This document shows positions 8,497 to 17,500 of a DNA stretch of 34,058 bases, one piece after another. A program made the translations under genes and the position numbers. The stretch is from Gammaproteobacteria bacterium (GTDB taxonomy: Bacteria; Aquificota; Aquificia; Aquificales; QOAS01), in assembly GCA_003972855.1 (NCBI GenBank), contig QOAS01000154.1:1-34058 (forward strand), given 5' to 3'. Numbering within the stretch: the first letter of the stretch is position 1; every line of letters begins with the position of its first letter. The notes beneath the pieces are model-generated. The model was not told where the DNA came from and did no database searches. It saw only the letters and a list, made by a program, of their open reading frames with translations.

Positions 8497-9509
8497 ACCT
8501 TGTGAGAAAGCTCTACAAATTTCTCCACCGTTTGTTTTACCTTCCCGCTCCTTATTAGCTCCTTGGAAAGCTCTACCCCTTCCCTTAGGGAGGAAACTTT
8601 TTCCGCCACGTAGAGGGCAAAGGCTGAATTTACCGCCAAAAAGTCTTCGCCCGCTTCGTTTTTACCTTCCAAAATTTCCCAAAAGATTTGAACGTTACGG
8701 GTGCAATCTCCACCTTCTATCTCCCTCAAAGGTCTCCTCTTTACCCCCAACTCCTCGGGGGAAATTTTGTAAGTTTTCACCCCTTCGGGGGAAACTTCTC
8801 CCACCAAGGTTTCCGCGGTAACCGATACCTCGTCCAGTCCCTCAAGTCCGTGAACCACGAAAGCCCTCAAAGCTCCCAAATCTTTGAGAACTTGCGCCAA
8901 AGGTTCCACCAGTTTGGCGTCGTAAACCCCTACAACCTGCCGTTTTGCCCCCGCAGGGTTGGAAAGGGGTCCCACCAAATTAAAAAGGGATTTAACGCCG
9001 AGTTCCCTCCTAACTTTTGCCACATTTTTCATCGCGGGATGATACAGCGGTGCGAACAGAAATGCCAAATTGGTTTCTTCCAAAAGCCTTAAAGCCCCTT
9101 CGGGGGGTATTTCTACTTTTACACCCAAAGCTTCCAAAAAGTCCGCACTACCGCATTTGCTTGAAACCGCCCTATTTCCGTGTTTGGCAACCTTTACCCC
9201 CGCGGAAGCCACCACAAAGGCGCTCATGGTGGAGACGTTGAAGGTATCTACCTTATCCCCTCCCGTTCCGCAGGTGTCCACCAGCTTTTCGGGATAGGGG
9301 TAATCCACCTTTGTAGCCCACTCCCTAAATTTCTCCGCCGCCGCGACTATTTCCTCCACGCAAGCCCCTTTCATAGCCATGCCCATAATGAAGGCGCCGA
9401 TTTGCCCCTCGGTAGCCCTTCCCCCAACTATATCCTCTAAGGCGGAACGCAATTCCGATTTCGTTAAATCCTCAAAACGGGATAATTTTCTTATGATGTC
9501 TTTACGCAT
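8493..9509 (-). CDS. trpD: Anthranilate phosphoribosyltransferase
   Basis: 338 aa with DTCGTGGDKVDTFNVST, KHGNRAVSSKCGSAD and NLVGPLSNP motifs. Confidence 0.93.
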   Translation of the reverse strand: MRKDIIRKLSRFEDLTKSELRSALEDIVGGRATEGQIGAFIMGMAMKGACVEEIVAAAEKFREWATKVDYPYPEKLVDTCGTGGDKVDTFNVSTMSAFVVASAGVKVAKHGNRAVSSKCGSADFLEALGVKVEIPPEGALRLLEETNLAFLFAPLYHPAMKNVAKVRRELGVKSLFNLVGPLSNPAGAKRQVVGVYDAKLVEPLAQVLKDLGALRAFVVHGLEGLDEVSVTAETLVGEVSPEGVKTYKISPEELGVKRRPLREIEGGDCTRNVQIFWEILEGKNEAGEDFLAVNSAFALYVAEKVSSLREGVELSKELIRSGKVKQTVEKFVELSHKV

Positions 9510-9954
9510 AGTGTTAATGATATTTTCCTTTTTGGGTTTTACCGCCTTTAGCCAACCCTTTTGCGGGGTTGAAGTAGAAAATCCCTTTCCCCTCCAAAGG
9601 GGTTTTATAAGTTCCTATCTAAACCAAAAGGTGTTTGAGACCTTAATTGAAACCGGTTTCGTGCAGGACTGCAAAAAGGGAAAACCCGTCTTGGTAAGGG
9701 TAAAAAGGGTGGACTTCAAGGGTTCCTCCATATCGGGAAACCGCTTTAGCGGTTACACCTTTTACCTATCCTTTGATATAGTCCTTCCAAAGGAAACACT
9801 TTCTTACAGCCTTTCCAAATACGTTTCTTTGCCCGACCCCTCGTTGGGAACTTTGCCAATAAGAAGCGCAATGGTAGACCTTTTGGAAACTTACCAGATG
9901 AGGATAAAAAAAGACCTTTTGGAGTATAAGGAAAAGTTTAAAGATGGAAGTTAA
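9493..9954 (+). CDS. Hypothetical exported protein (N-terminal signal peptide)
   Basis: The in-frame ATG at 9493/9496 gives [22 protein letters not shown].., a signal-peptide-like start. The 191 aa track ORF upstream of this ATG is antisense to trpD. No family recognised. Confidence 0.45.
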   Translation: MMSLRIVLMIFSFLGFTAFSQPFCGVEVENPFPLQRGFISSYLNQKVFETLIETGFVQDCKKGKPVLVRVKRVDFKGSSISGNRFSGYTFYLSFDIVLPKETLSYSLSKYVSLPDPSLGTLPIRSAMVDLLETYQMRIKKDLLEYKEKFKDGS

Positions 9955-10933
9955 AGCCTTCGTGTGGAATTCGGGAGAACTTAAGGTTTTAAATCAGCTG
10001 AAACTTCCCCGAGAGGAAGAGTGGCTTTCCCTAAAAAGCTACAGAGAGGTTGCCAAGGCGATAAAGGATATGGTGGTAAGGGGCGCACCCGCAATAGGGT
10101 GCGTCGCGTCTTACGGTTTTGTGTTGGGGGTTAAATACGAAAAGGAAGACCCCGAAGAAGTTTTTCAAGCCTTGAAAAATACCCGCCCTACCGCGGTAAA
10201 TCTCTTTTGGGCTTTGGAGAGGGTTAAAAAAGCTTTGGAAAGCGGTAAAGATGTAGAGGAAGAGGCAAAAGCTATAGAGCGGGAGGATTACGAGACCAAC
10301 CTAAAAATAGGAGAAAACGGAAACACCCTAATCCCCGAAGGGGCAAAAATCCTAACCCACTGCAATACGGGGGCTTTGGCTACCGCGGGATACGGCACCG
10401 CGTTGGGGGTTATAAGAAGTGCCTTTAGAAGCGGAAAAAATATTTTCGTTTGGGTGGACGAAACCCGTCCCTATTTGCAGGGCGCCCGCCTTACCGCTTG
10501 GGAACTGGCTAAAGAAGGTATCCCCCACAGGATTATTACCGACTCCACCGCCGGCTTTTTGATGAGGAAAAAAATGGTAGATGCGATTATCGTAGGAGCG
10601 GACCGCATCACCCTAAGGGGGGACGTAGCCAACAAAATAGGGACTTACACTTTGGCGGTTTTGGCAAAGGAACACAAAATACCCTTTTACGTAGCCGCAC
10701 CGCTTTCAACCTTTGACCCAAATCTGTTTTCGGGGGAAGAAATACCTATAGAGGAGAGAAGTGAGGAGGAGGTCAAAACCTGTTTCGGTTGTAAAGTGGC
10801 ACCTACCGAAAGCGGGGCATTGCATTGGGGTTTTGATGTAACCCCCGCGGAGCTTATAGACGCCATTATCACCGAAAAGGGTATTATTCAAAAGCCTACA
10901 CCCGAAAAGGTTAAAAGACTTTTGGGGATTTAA
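9944..10933 (+). CDS. mtnA: Methylthioribose-1-phosphate isomerase (eIF-2B alpha/beta/delta-like family)
   Basis: 329 aa with [49 protein letters not shown]. Confidence 0.88.
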   Translation: MEVKAFVWNSGELKVLNQLKLPREEEWLSLKSYREVAKAIKDMVVRGAPAIGCVASYGFVLGVKYEKEDPEEVFQALKNTRPTAVNLFWALERVKKALESGKDVEEEAKAIEREDYETNLKIGENGNTLIPEGAKILTHCNTGALATAGYGTALGVIRSAFRSGKNIFVWVDETRPYLQGARLTAWELAKEGIPHRIITDSTAGFLMRKKMVDAIIVGADRITLRGDVANKIGTYTLAVLAKEHKIPFYVAAPLSTFDPNLFSGEEIPIEERSEEEVKTCFGCKVAPTESGALHWGFDVTPAELIDAIITEKGIIQKPTPEKVKRLLGI

Positions 10934-10945
10934 AATCCCCCTTTA

Positions 10946-12973
10946 ATGTCTTCCAAAGGAAAACCAACCGTAGCGGTTGGGGTTGATACGGGCGGAACCT
11001 TTACCGATTTCGTATACAAAACCCCCGAGGGGTGGAAGGTTTACAAAACCCTCTCCACCCCCGAAAATCCCGCCAAAGCGATACTTGAGGGGTTAAAGGT
11101 TATAGGCGAAGACCTACCGAGGTATATAGTCCACGGAACGACGGTGGCAACCAACACCCTCTTGGAACGAAAGGGGGCAAAAACCGCCTTCGTAACCAAC
11201 AAAGGTTTCAAGGACATAATAGAGATAGGTCGCCAAAATAGGGAAAGGCTTTACGACCTACACTACCGAAGGGAAAAACCGCTCGTTCCCCGCAACCTTA
11301 GGTTTGAAATTGACTGCAGGGTAAACTCCAAAGGTCAAATCGTCAAAGATATAGACCCCAAAGAGGTTGAGGAGCTAATAGAAAACCTAAAAAAGGAAAG
11401 GGTTGAAGCGGTCGCGGTTTGTTTTCTCTTTTCCTTTTTAAATCCCCAACACGAAAAGTTGGTGGGCAAACTAATTAGGGAAAAACTTAAAGGGGTTTAC
11501 GTATCGGTTTCCTCCGAAATTCTACCCGAATTCAGGGAGTTTGAAAGGGCTTCCACAACGGTGGTAAACGCCTATGTAGCCCCCAAAATGGCAAAGTATG
11601 TAACCACCCTAAAGGAAAGTCTTTCCCCCCAAGATAGGCTCGTAATAATGCAGTCCAGCGGAGGGGTAATTTCCGCGGATACGGTAATTAAAGAACCGGT
11701 TAGAACGGTTTTGAGCGGTCCCGCGGGCGGGGTTGTAGGCGCTTGGAAAATAGGAAAATTGGCGGGCTTTGAAAAGCTTATCACCTTTGACATGGGGGGA
11801 ACTTCAACCGACGTTTCCCTCGTGGACGGAAAACCTTCCTTTACGACGGAAACAAAAATCTCGGGAATTCCGATTAAGGTGCCGATGATAGAAATTCACA
11901 CGGTAGGGGCGGGAGGCGGTTCCATAGTTTGGATTGACGAGGGGGGAGCTTTAAAGGTGGGACCCCAAAGTGCGGGGGCAAACCCGGGTCCGATTTGCTA
12001 CGGCAGGGGTGGAAAGGAGATAACCGTTACCGATACCAACCTCTTTTTGGGAAGGCTTGTCCCCGACCACTTTTTGGGTGGAAATATGAAACTCCACAAC
12101 GAAGGGGTTGAAAGGGCTTTCAAAAACCTCTCGGAGAAACTAAAGGTAGACCCCTACCGGCTGGCGGAAGGAATTTTGGAAATAGCCAATACCAAAATGG
12201 AGGGTGCAATAAGGGTAATCTCCGTTCAAAGGGGTTACAACCCTTCGGAATTTACCCTCGTGAGTTTCGGCGGTGCGGGGGGAATGCACGCGGTCTTTTT
12301 GGCTAAAAAGTTAGGCATACCGAGGGTTTTAATTCCCAAAAATCCGGGACTTTTGTCCGCAATGGGTATGCTTTTGGCAGACCTCGTAAGGGATTACTCC
12401 CTAACCGTTATGCTACCGATTGAGGGAGGGAGGGAACAAGAGCTTTACCGACACCTAAAGGAGCTTTTTAAGACCTTGGAAAACCGCGCGCTGGAGGAAA
12501 TGGAAAGGGAAGGTTTTACCCAGCTCGGTAAAGATCTATTTTTGGAACACTCATTGGACGTAAGGTATAAGGGACAATCCTACGAGGTTAATATTCCCTT
12601 TACCCCTCAAATAAGGGAGGAGTTTGAAAGGGTTTACAAAAACCTTTACGGTTACACCTTGGAAAACCGTCCCCTTGAGGTGGTAAACATCAGGCTCAAA
12701 GCGATAGGCGTAGGAGAGAAACCCCCCTTACCTCCCATAGAGAAGAGCGACGGAAAACTCCTCTCGCGGGCGGTTGTAGGCGAACAAAAAACCTTTTTCG
12801 GAGGAAAAACCTACACCGTAAAGGTTATAGATAGGGATAAACTCCTCGCGGGCGATAGATGGGACTTTCCATCAATAGTGGTTGAATATTCCTCCACTCT
12901 GGTAATCCCACCCGGTTGCTTCGTTAGGGTTGATGAATTTGGAAACCTCATAGTGGAAGTTTTTGAAAATTAA
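10946..12973 (+). CDS. hyuA: Hydantoinase/oxoprolinase family protein, A (HyuA-type) subunit
   Basis: 675 aa. N-terminus VGVDTGGTFTDFV, central FDMGGTSTDVSL and HTVGAGGGSI, typical of the hydantoinase_A/oxoprolinase ATPase fold. Confidence 0.85.
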   Translation: MSSKGKPTVAVGVDTGGTFTDFVYKTPEGWKVYKTLSTPENPAKAILEGLKVIGEDLPRYIVHGTTVATNTLLERKGAKTAFVTNKGFKDIIEIGRQNRERLYDLHYRREKPLVPRNLRFEIDCRVNSKGQIVKDIDPKEVEELIENLKKERVEAVAVCFLFSFLNPQHEKLVGKLIREKLKGVYVSVSSEILPEFREFERASTTVVNAYVAPKMAKYVTTLKESLSPQDRLVIMQSSGGVISADTVIKEPVRTVLSGPAGGVVGAWKIGKLAGFEKLITFDMGGTSTDVSLVDGKPSFTTETKISGIPIKVPMIEIHTVGAGGGSIVWIDEGGALKVGPQSAGANPGPICYGRGGKEITVTDTNLFLGRLVPDHFLGGNMKLHNEGVERAFKNLSEKLKVDPYRLAEGILEIANTKMEGAIRVISVQRGYNPSEFTLVSFGGAGGMHAVFLAKKLGIPRVLIPKNPGLLSAMGMLLADLVRDYSLTVMLPIEGGREQELYRHLKELFKTLENRALEEMEREGFTQLGKDLFLEHSLDVRYKGQSYEVNIPFTPQIREEFERVYKNLYGYTLENRPLEVVNIRLKAIGVGEKPPLPPIEKSDGKLLSRAVVGEQKTFFGGKTYTVKVIDRDKLLAGDRWDFPSIVVEYSSTLVIPPGCFVRVDEFGNLIVEVFEN

Positions 12974-12983
12974 GAAGAAAACA

Positions 12984-14267
12984 TCAAGAAGTTTTTACCT
13001 TTTTTATTTCTTCCTCTAAAGGTGTGGGTTTGTGCAGTAAAAACCCCTGTAGGCTTATTTTATCGGGTTTGAACGAATAAGTTTCAGCTATCTTTCTAAT
13101 TTCGTTAAAGATTTTTTCCGAGGAAATAAACTCGTAAACGATTTCCATGTCTATCTTTTGGGCAAAGAGAGATACCGACTCCACTATTGAGCGGTATATC
13201 TCGGAATTCAACATATTTTGGACTATTTTTCCGTCCAGCTTTATAACCTTGGCGTTTTTATATTTTGCCAGTTCTCCAACCGTTTCAAAATTGGTATATC
13301 CGCTTCCAAAATCGTCAAAAGCGATGGTAAATTTCTTCTCTTGCAGATATTCAAGGATTTGTTTATTGGTAACTATCGCGTATTCGGTTATTTCTAAAAC
13401 CAAATCAATACCAATGTCGTTACAACCGTCTATTAGCTTTATAAGTTCCTCTACAGCGGAGGCGTAACTTAGGGAGGAAGGGTAGATGTTTACAAAAATC
13501 CTGTCGGTTACCAACTTTAAATTTTCTAAATTGTCCCTCACGGTTGAAAGGACAACTTTGTCAAATTCTCCCGTTAGATTTTCCCTCTCAAGATAGGGAA
13601 TAAACAATCCCGCGGAGACATATCCGGAGCGGTCAGGTTTGGGAATTCTCGCCAATATTTCCGCACCTTTCTTTTTAAGCTCCAAATCAAAAATATAGTG
13701 AACGAAAAGGGTAATATCCCTTTCCTTTAAGGCTCGCTCTACATGTTTTCTTAACCTTATTCTTTCCCGTGCCTTATTTAATAACAAGTCCGTTTGTTCC
13801 GTGTAATCTTTAACGAATATAATCTTTTCCGTCGCGTTGCTTTTTAAATCTTCGGTTATTAGTTCAACAATCTCTTCTATCTCTTCATAATGCAAATCAA
13901 AAAGTTTTACGGTGTTTATTTTCCCTATAGCCAATATAGGTTTTCTGACGAAACTAAATTCTTCCCCCGATATGTTTTCGGAAAGAAGGGAGATATCTTT
14001 CCAAATTTTTTCAAACCTTTGGTGAAAATTTTTAGCCAATCCGTTAAAGACCACTTTTATAGATTTCTCATCAAAAAACCAAAAGAGCAAATCTACCTCG
14101 CTACCGTAATTCTTAAAGAGATTAAAAATCTTGCTCCGTATCCTCTCCGATACAGTGATTTCCTCTGGAGATTCAATTATTACCATAAAAATCTTGTTTT
14201 TGTAACCTTTTTCCGACAAATATCTGTATACAAACTCATCCCTATTTTCCAACCAAAAATTTATCAA
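12984..14267 (-). CDS. EAL-domain c-di-GMP phosphodiesterase with a degenerate GGDEF-like N-terminal domain
   Basis: The C-terminal half has GAEILARI (an EAL variant), VNIY, LEITEY, FDDFGSGYTNF, IKLDG, VYEFIS (in place of EGVE, first E kept) and QGFLLHKP. The N-terminal ~170 aa has GGDEF-like spacing but FFDEK instead of GGDEF. Confidence 0.8.
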   Translation of the reverse strand: MINFWLENRDEFVYRYLSEKGYKNKIFMVIIESPEEITVSERIRSKIFNLFKNYGSEVDLLFWFFDEKSIKVVFNGLAKNFHQRFEKIWKDISLLSENISGEEFSFVRKPILAIGKINTVKLFDLHYEEIEEIVELITEDLKSNATEKIIFVKDYTEQTDLLLNKARERIRLRKHVERALKERDITLFVHYIFDLELKKKGAEILARIPKPDRSGYVSAGLFIPYLERENLTGEFDKVVLSTVRDNLENLKLVTDRIFVNIYPSSLSYASAVEELIKLIDGCNDIGIDLVLEITEYAIVTNKQILEYLQEKKFTIAFDDFGSGYTNFETVGELAKYKNAKVIKLDGKIVQNMLNSEIYRSIVESVSLFAQKIDMEIVYEFISSEKIFNEIRKIAETYSFKPDKISLQGFLLHKPTPLEEEIKKVKTS

Positions 14268-14290
14268 CTTATCAAAGTTGTAAAGAAATT

Positions 14291-15019
14291 TTATCCTTCC
14301 TCCACTAAACTTTGAGTAAGGGAAACCGCCCTTTCGTAACAGCCTTTGCTCACTTCCGAAATAATATTTCTTTCCAACGAGTGTATTTTTTTATGGGAGA
14401 ATTTGATTTTTAAAGCCAATTCGTTATTGGAAAAAGCTATAATATCAAAAGCCAAACCGTCCAAAAATTTTCCGACTTCGCATGTAGTATGGGAAATAAC
14501 GGGAACTATTTCCCCTTTGAAAGCTTTCCTTACCGTATCTCGGAAGGTTTCTATCTTCCTTTTCATCAAGTGGTAGATGTATTGGTCGTAGTAAAAATCG
14601 GTTTCTTTTTTAACCGCGGAAGTTAAATAACCGACAAATTCCTCCAAAATATCGGAAATGTAAACTTCGGCGGTTGTTTTTTTTAACAATTCGGAAAACA
14701 ACCATAGCTTCCCGTTGTCCACCTTTAATTGAATATTTTTCAAAACCAAGTCCTCATAAATTTTTACCGAATCGTAAAAGATTTTTCCGTCTATACCCAG
14801 TTCCCTATGCCTTTTGGCTAAGCGGATTAACACTTCTCGGGCTTTTTCTTCGTTATTGTCCTTCAAAGCTTTGAAGACCTCTTTAACCACGGAGGATTGC
14901 CTACTTATTAAGGAATCTATTAAGGCGAAGGAGTTAAAAAATTCACCCGCGTGGTCGTCGTCCAAAAGGATGGAGTAAAATTCCGTAAAAATCTTTCTTA
15001 AAACTTTTTCATCTACCAT
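14291..15019 (-). CDS. Sensor protein: truncated-globin-like N-terminal domain fused to a CZB (chemoreceptor zinc-binding) domain
   Basis: 242 aa counted from ATG 15019. The N-terminus has FTEFYSILLDDDHAGEFF and LAKRHRELGIDGKIFY (FY B9/B10-like, candidate proximal His71). The C-terminus has H150-x29-C180-E-V-G-K-F-x23-H209-KKI-H213, which fits the CZB consensus H..C.[LV]G.[WF]..HxxxH. The gene sits 23 nt upstream of the EAL gene on the same strand. Confidence 0.65.
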   Translation of the reverse strand: MVDEKVLRKIFTEFYSILLDDDHAGEFFNSFALIDSLISRQSSVVKEVFKALKDNNEEKAREVLIRLAKRHRELGIDGKIFYDSVKIYEDLVLKNIQLKVDNGKLWLFSELLKKTTAEVYISDILEEFVGYLTSAVKKETDFYYDQYIYHLMKRKIETFRDTVRKAFKGEIVPVISHTTCEVGKFLDGLAFDIIAFSNNELALKIKFSHKKIHSLERNIISEVSKGCYERAVSLTQSLVEEG

Positions 15020-15124
15020 TTGTGGAATAAAATATAGGTTGCTCCGCCAAATTTTACATATTAATGTCAATACAAGGTGGGTTTTTAATTTAAACGAAAA
15101 CTTGAAGGATAATTCCTCTTTTTA

Positions 15125-16297
15125 ATGTCCCTAAGGGTTTTGAGATTTTTAACCGCCGGTGAGAGTCACGGAAAAGGGCTTGTAGCAATTTTGGAGGGTA
15201 TCCCCGCCAACTTAGAAATTTGTGCGGAGGACATAAATAGGGAACTCGCCCGCAGACAAAGGGGTTACGGAAGGGGCGGGCGAATGAAGATAGAAAAAGA
15301 CCGCGTAGAGTTCATTTCGGGAGTTAGGTTTGGAAAAACCATAGGTTCACCCATAGCAATGGCAATATGGAACAGAGACTACGAGAACTGGAAAGAAAAA
15401 ATGGCAACCGAAGGACAGCCTCCCCAAGGTTATACCCCCTTTACCCGTCCCCGCCCCGGGCATGCAGATTTGGCGGGTGGCATAAAGTATAACCAACGGG
15501 ATTTGAGAAACATACTTGAAAGAAGCTCTGCCAGAGAAACCGCGGCGAGGGTGGCGGTGGGTGCGGTGTGCAAAAAATTTCTTTCAGAGTTTGGAATAAA
15601 GATAGGAAGTTATGTAAGGGTTTTGGGCGGATACAAGGTCAAAGAGATGCCGATAGACCTCTGGAGTAGGCATCTAAAGGCGGAACAATCGGAGGTAAGA
15701 ATACCCAATCCCCTTGAGGACAATTTCGTAAAAACCCTTATAGATAAGGCTAAGGAAAAAGGGGAAACCTTGGGGGGAATAATAGAGGTTTTTGCTTTAA
15801 ACGTGCCACCCGGTTTGGGAAGCCACATTCAGTGGGATAGGAGGTTGGACGGAAGGATAGCCCAAGCGATGATGTCCATTCAGGCTATAAAGGGGGTGGA
15901 AATAGGAAGCGGATTTGAGACGGGGTTTCTACCGGGAAGCAAGGTGATGGACGAAATAGGTTGGAGGGAAGACAAGGGATTTTTCCGATATACCAACCAT
16001 CTCGGCGGAACGGAGGGAGGGATAACCAACGGTCAGCCAATTGTGGTAAGAATTGCAATGAAACCCATTCCCACCCTAATGTCTCCCCTAAGGAGTGTTG
16101 ATATAAATACGAAGGAAGAGGTTAAGGCGAGTCGGGAGCGTTCCGATGTAACCGCCGTTCCCGCCGCGTCGGTGGTTGCGGAGGCGATGTTAGCAATAGT
16201 TTTGGCGGACGCCCTCCTTGAAAAGTTAGGCGGTGACTTTATGGAAGAGGTTAAGGAGAGGTTTGAACTATACCTAAAACACATTAAGAGTTTTTAG
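15125..16297 (+). CDS. aroC: Chorismate synthase
   Basis: 390 aa with FLTAGESHGKGL, RRQRGYGRGGRMKIE, RPGHADLAG, ERSSARETAARVA. Confidence 0.94.
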   Translation: MSLRVLRFLTAGESHGKGLVAILEGIPANLEICAEDINRELARRQRGYGRGGRMKIEKDRVEFISGVRFGKTIGSPIAMAIWNRDYENWKEKMATEGQPPQGYTPFTRPRPGHADLAGGIKYNQRDLRNILERSSARETAARVAVGAVCKKFLSEFGIKIGSYVRVLGGYKVKEMPIDLWSRHLKAEQSEVRIPNPLEDNFVKTLIDKAKEKGETLGGIIEVFALNVPPGLGSHIQWDRRLDGRIAQAMMSIQAIKGVEIGSGFETGFLPGSKVMDEIGWREDKGFFRYTNHLGGTEGGITNGQPIVVRIAMKPIPTLMSPLRSVDINTKEEVKASRERSDVTAVPAASVVAEAMLAIVLADALLEKLGGDFMEEVKERFELYLKHIKSF

Positions 16298-16841
16298 CTC
16301 TTTCCGCCTCCTTCAATTGTTTTAAGTAGAGCTTCCTAACTTTTAGAAAAAAGTCCTTCACCTCCCTTTTGCGGTAATCCTCATAGGTCCAAAACAGGTC
16401 TCTAAAGTCACCTCCGAAGTAGAGGTATTCCATCTCCGCAAATATACCCTTTCCGAGGTAAAACCTTCCTCCCCTCTCTTTGTGGGTGGTCAAAAATAGG
16501 TGGTGTTTATCCACCCAACCGGGGTCTATATTTACAACCCTATTTCCTCCAACGGAAAGCTCCTTCTCTATTTCCATAGCGAGGAGTTTGAGCTTTAAGG
16601 GGTTTAGCCCTTGCGAGCAGGGGTCGGCATTTATAAGGTTTTTCCCCGAAAGGTAGAGCCTCTTTAGGGGATAACCCATTTCCTTTCCGTAGTAACGCTC
16701 AAGGTGGGGAAAGTGGTAAACTTCGGAGGTTAAATCAAAACCCCCCACCAACCTTTTCAGTTCCTCCAAAGAGGTTTCCAACGCGGAGGGAAAATTCTCG
16801 TTGTAGAGAACCGAAAAGGTGGGTTTTACTAACATAACCAC
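16284..16841 (-). CDS. DUF4416-family protein
   Basis: 185 aa with ..YYGKEMG..L.R.. and VNIDPGWV...LFLTTHKERGGRFYL..GIFAEMEYLY...WTYEDY, a pattern I recall for DUF4416. Start is GTG 16841 (abutting the rimM stop) or ATG 16835. Confidence 0.55.
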   Translation of the reverse strand: MVMLVKPTFSVLYNENFPSALETSLEELKRLVGGFDLTSEVYHFPHLERYYGKEMGYPLKRLYLSGKNLINADPCSQGLNPLKLKLLAMEIEKELSVGGNRVVNIDPGWVDKHHLFLTTHKERGGRFYLGKGIFAEMEYLYFGGDFRDLFWTYEDYRKREVKDFFLKVRKLYLKQLKEAERAKNS

Positions 16842-17339
16842 TTAAGGTAGCTTTTCGCCGTCTACCACGATGAGTTTTTTATCGGTATCCACTTCCAAAA
16901 CGAAGTTTTTGGTAAAGGGTATTATCCTCTCGTCGTCCAAAACCAACATGGAATACATACCGCCGTCGTGGATGTATTGAACCTTTCCCAAACTTTCGCC
17001 GTTTTTGTCCACCACCTTTGCACCTATTAGTTGGAAGTAGTAATATTCACCCGCCTTGAGTTGGGGAAGTTCCTCTTGGGGGTAATAAATGTGGGCTCCC
17101 ACCGTTTTTAGGGCTTCCTCCTCCGAGTCTATACCCTTTAGTTTTAGGTAAGCCTTTCTTCCCCTTACCTCCAAGTGTTGCACCTCAAAGGGAATGTAAT
17201 CCCCTCCCTTTCTTTTTAGGAAGACCTTTCTTAAGCCTTCCCACAATTTTTGGGGGGCGAAAATCTTTATTTTCAGTTTTCCGTCATATCCGAAGGTATC
17301 CTCTATTTTTCCCAGTATTACGAATTCCTTTTGTTCCAT
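16842..17339 (-). CDS. rimM: 16S rRNA processing protein RimM
   Basis: 165 aa. N-terminus ILGKIEDTFGYDGKLKI (RimM domain), C-terminal PRC-barrel-like segment. Confidence 0.85.
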   Translation of the reverse strand: MEQKEFVILGKIEDTFGYDGKLKIKIFAPQKLWEGLRKVFLKRKGGDYIPFEVQHLEVRGRKAYLKLKGIDSEEEALKTVGAHIYYPQEELPQLKAGEYYYFQLIGAKVVDKNGESLGKVQYIHDGGMYSMLVLDDERIIPFTKNFVLEVDTDKKLIVVDGEKLP

Positions 17340-17363
17340 CTTTAGGAGATAGAATTTTAAAGG

Positions 17364-17392
17364 TTGAATGTAGAGCCTTATTTTGATATATT
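17364..17392 (+). promoter_or_regulatory. sigma70-type promoter with extended -10, upstream of tRNA-Arg (and probably dnaN)
   Basis: TTGAAT (17364-17369), 17 nt spacer ending in TGa, TATATT (17387-17392). The tRNA starts at 17409. Confidence 0.6.
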
Positions 17393-17408
17393 ATTTATGA
17401 TAGCCTTA

Positions 17409-17482
17409 GCCCCGGTAGCTCAGGAGGATAGAGCGCGAGATTCCTAATCTCGAGGTCGGGGGTTCGAATCCCCCCCGGGGCA
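17409..17482 (+). tRNA. tRNA-Arg (anticodon CCU), CCA not encoded
   Basis: Manual cloverleaf: acceptor GCCCCGG/CCGGGGC, D stem GCTC/GAGC, anticodon stem CGAGA/TCTCG with loop TTCCTAA, variable AGGTC, T arm GGGGG-TTCGAAT-CCCCC, discriminator A. Total 74 nt. Confidence 0.9.
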
Positions 17483-17500
17483 TTAATAATTTAAAACTTT

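Noticed and set aside
9379-9492. Upstream 38 codons of the 191 aa plus-strand ORF
   Set aside because: This stretch is antisense to the trpD 5' coding region. A signal-peptide-like N-terminus begins at the internal ATG 9493/9496.
15020-15070. Upstream TTG start (15070) of the globin-CZB ORF, adding MTLICKIWRSNLYFIPQ
   Set aside because: That TTG is the first half of a TTGACA hexamer and has no RBS. The ATG at 15019 (MVDEKVLRK..) gives a sensible N-terminus. The start remains unverified.
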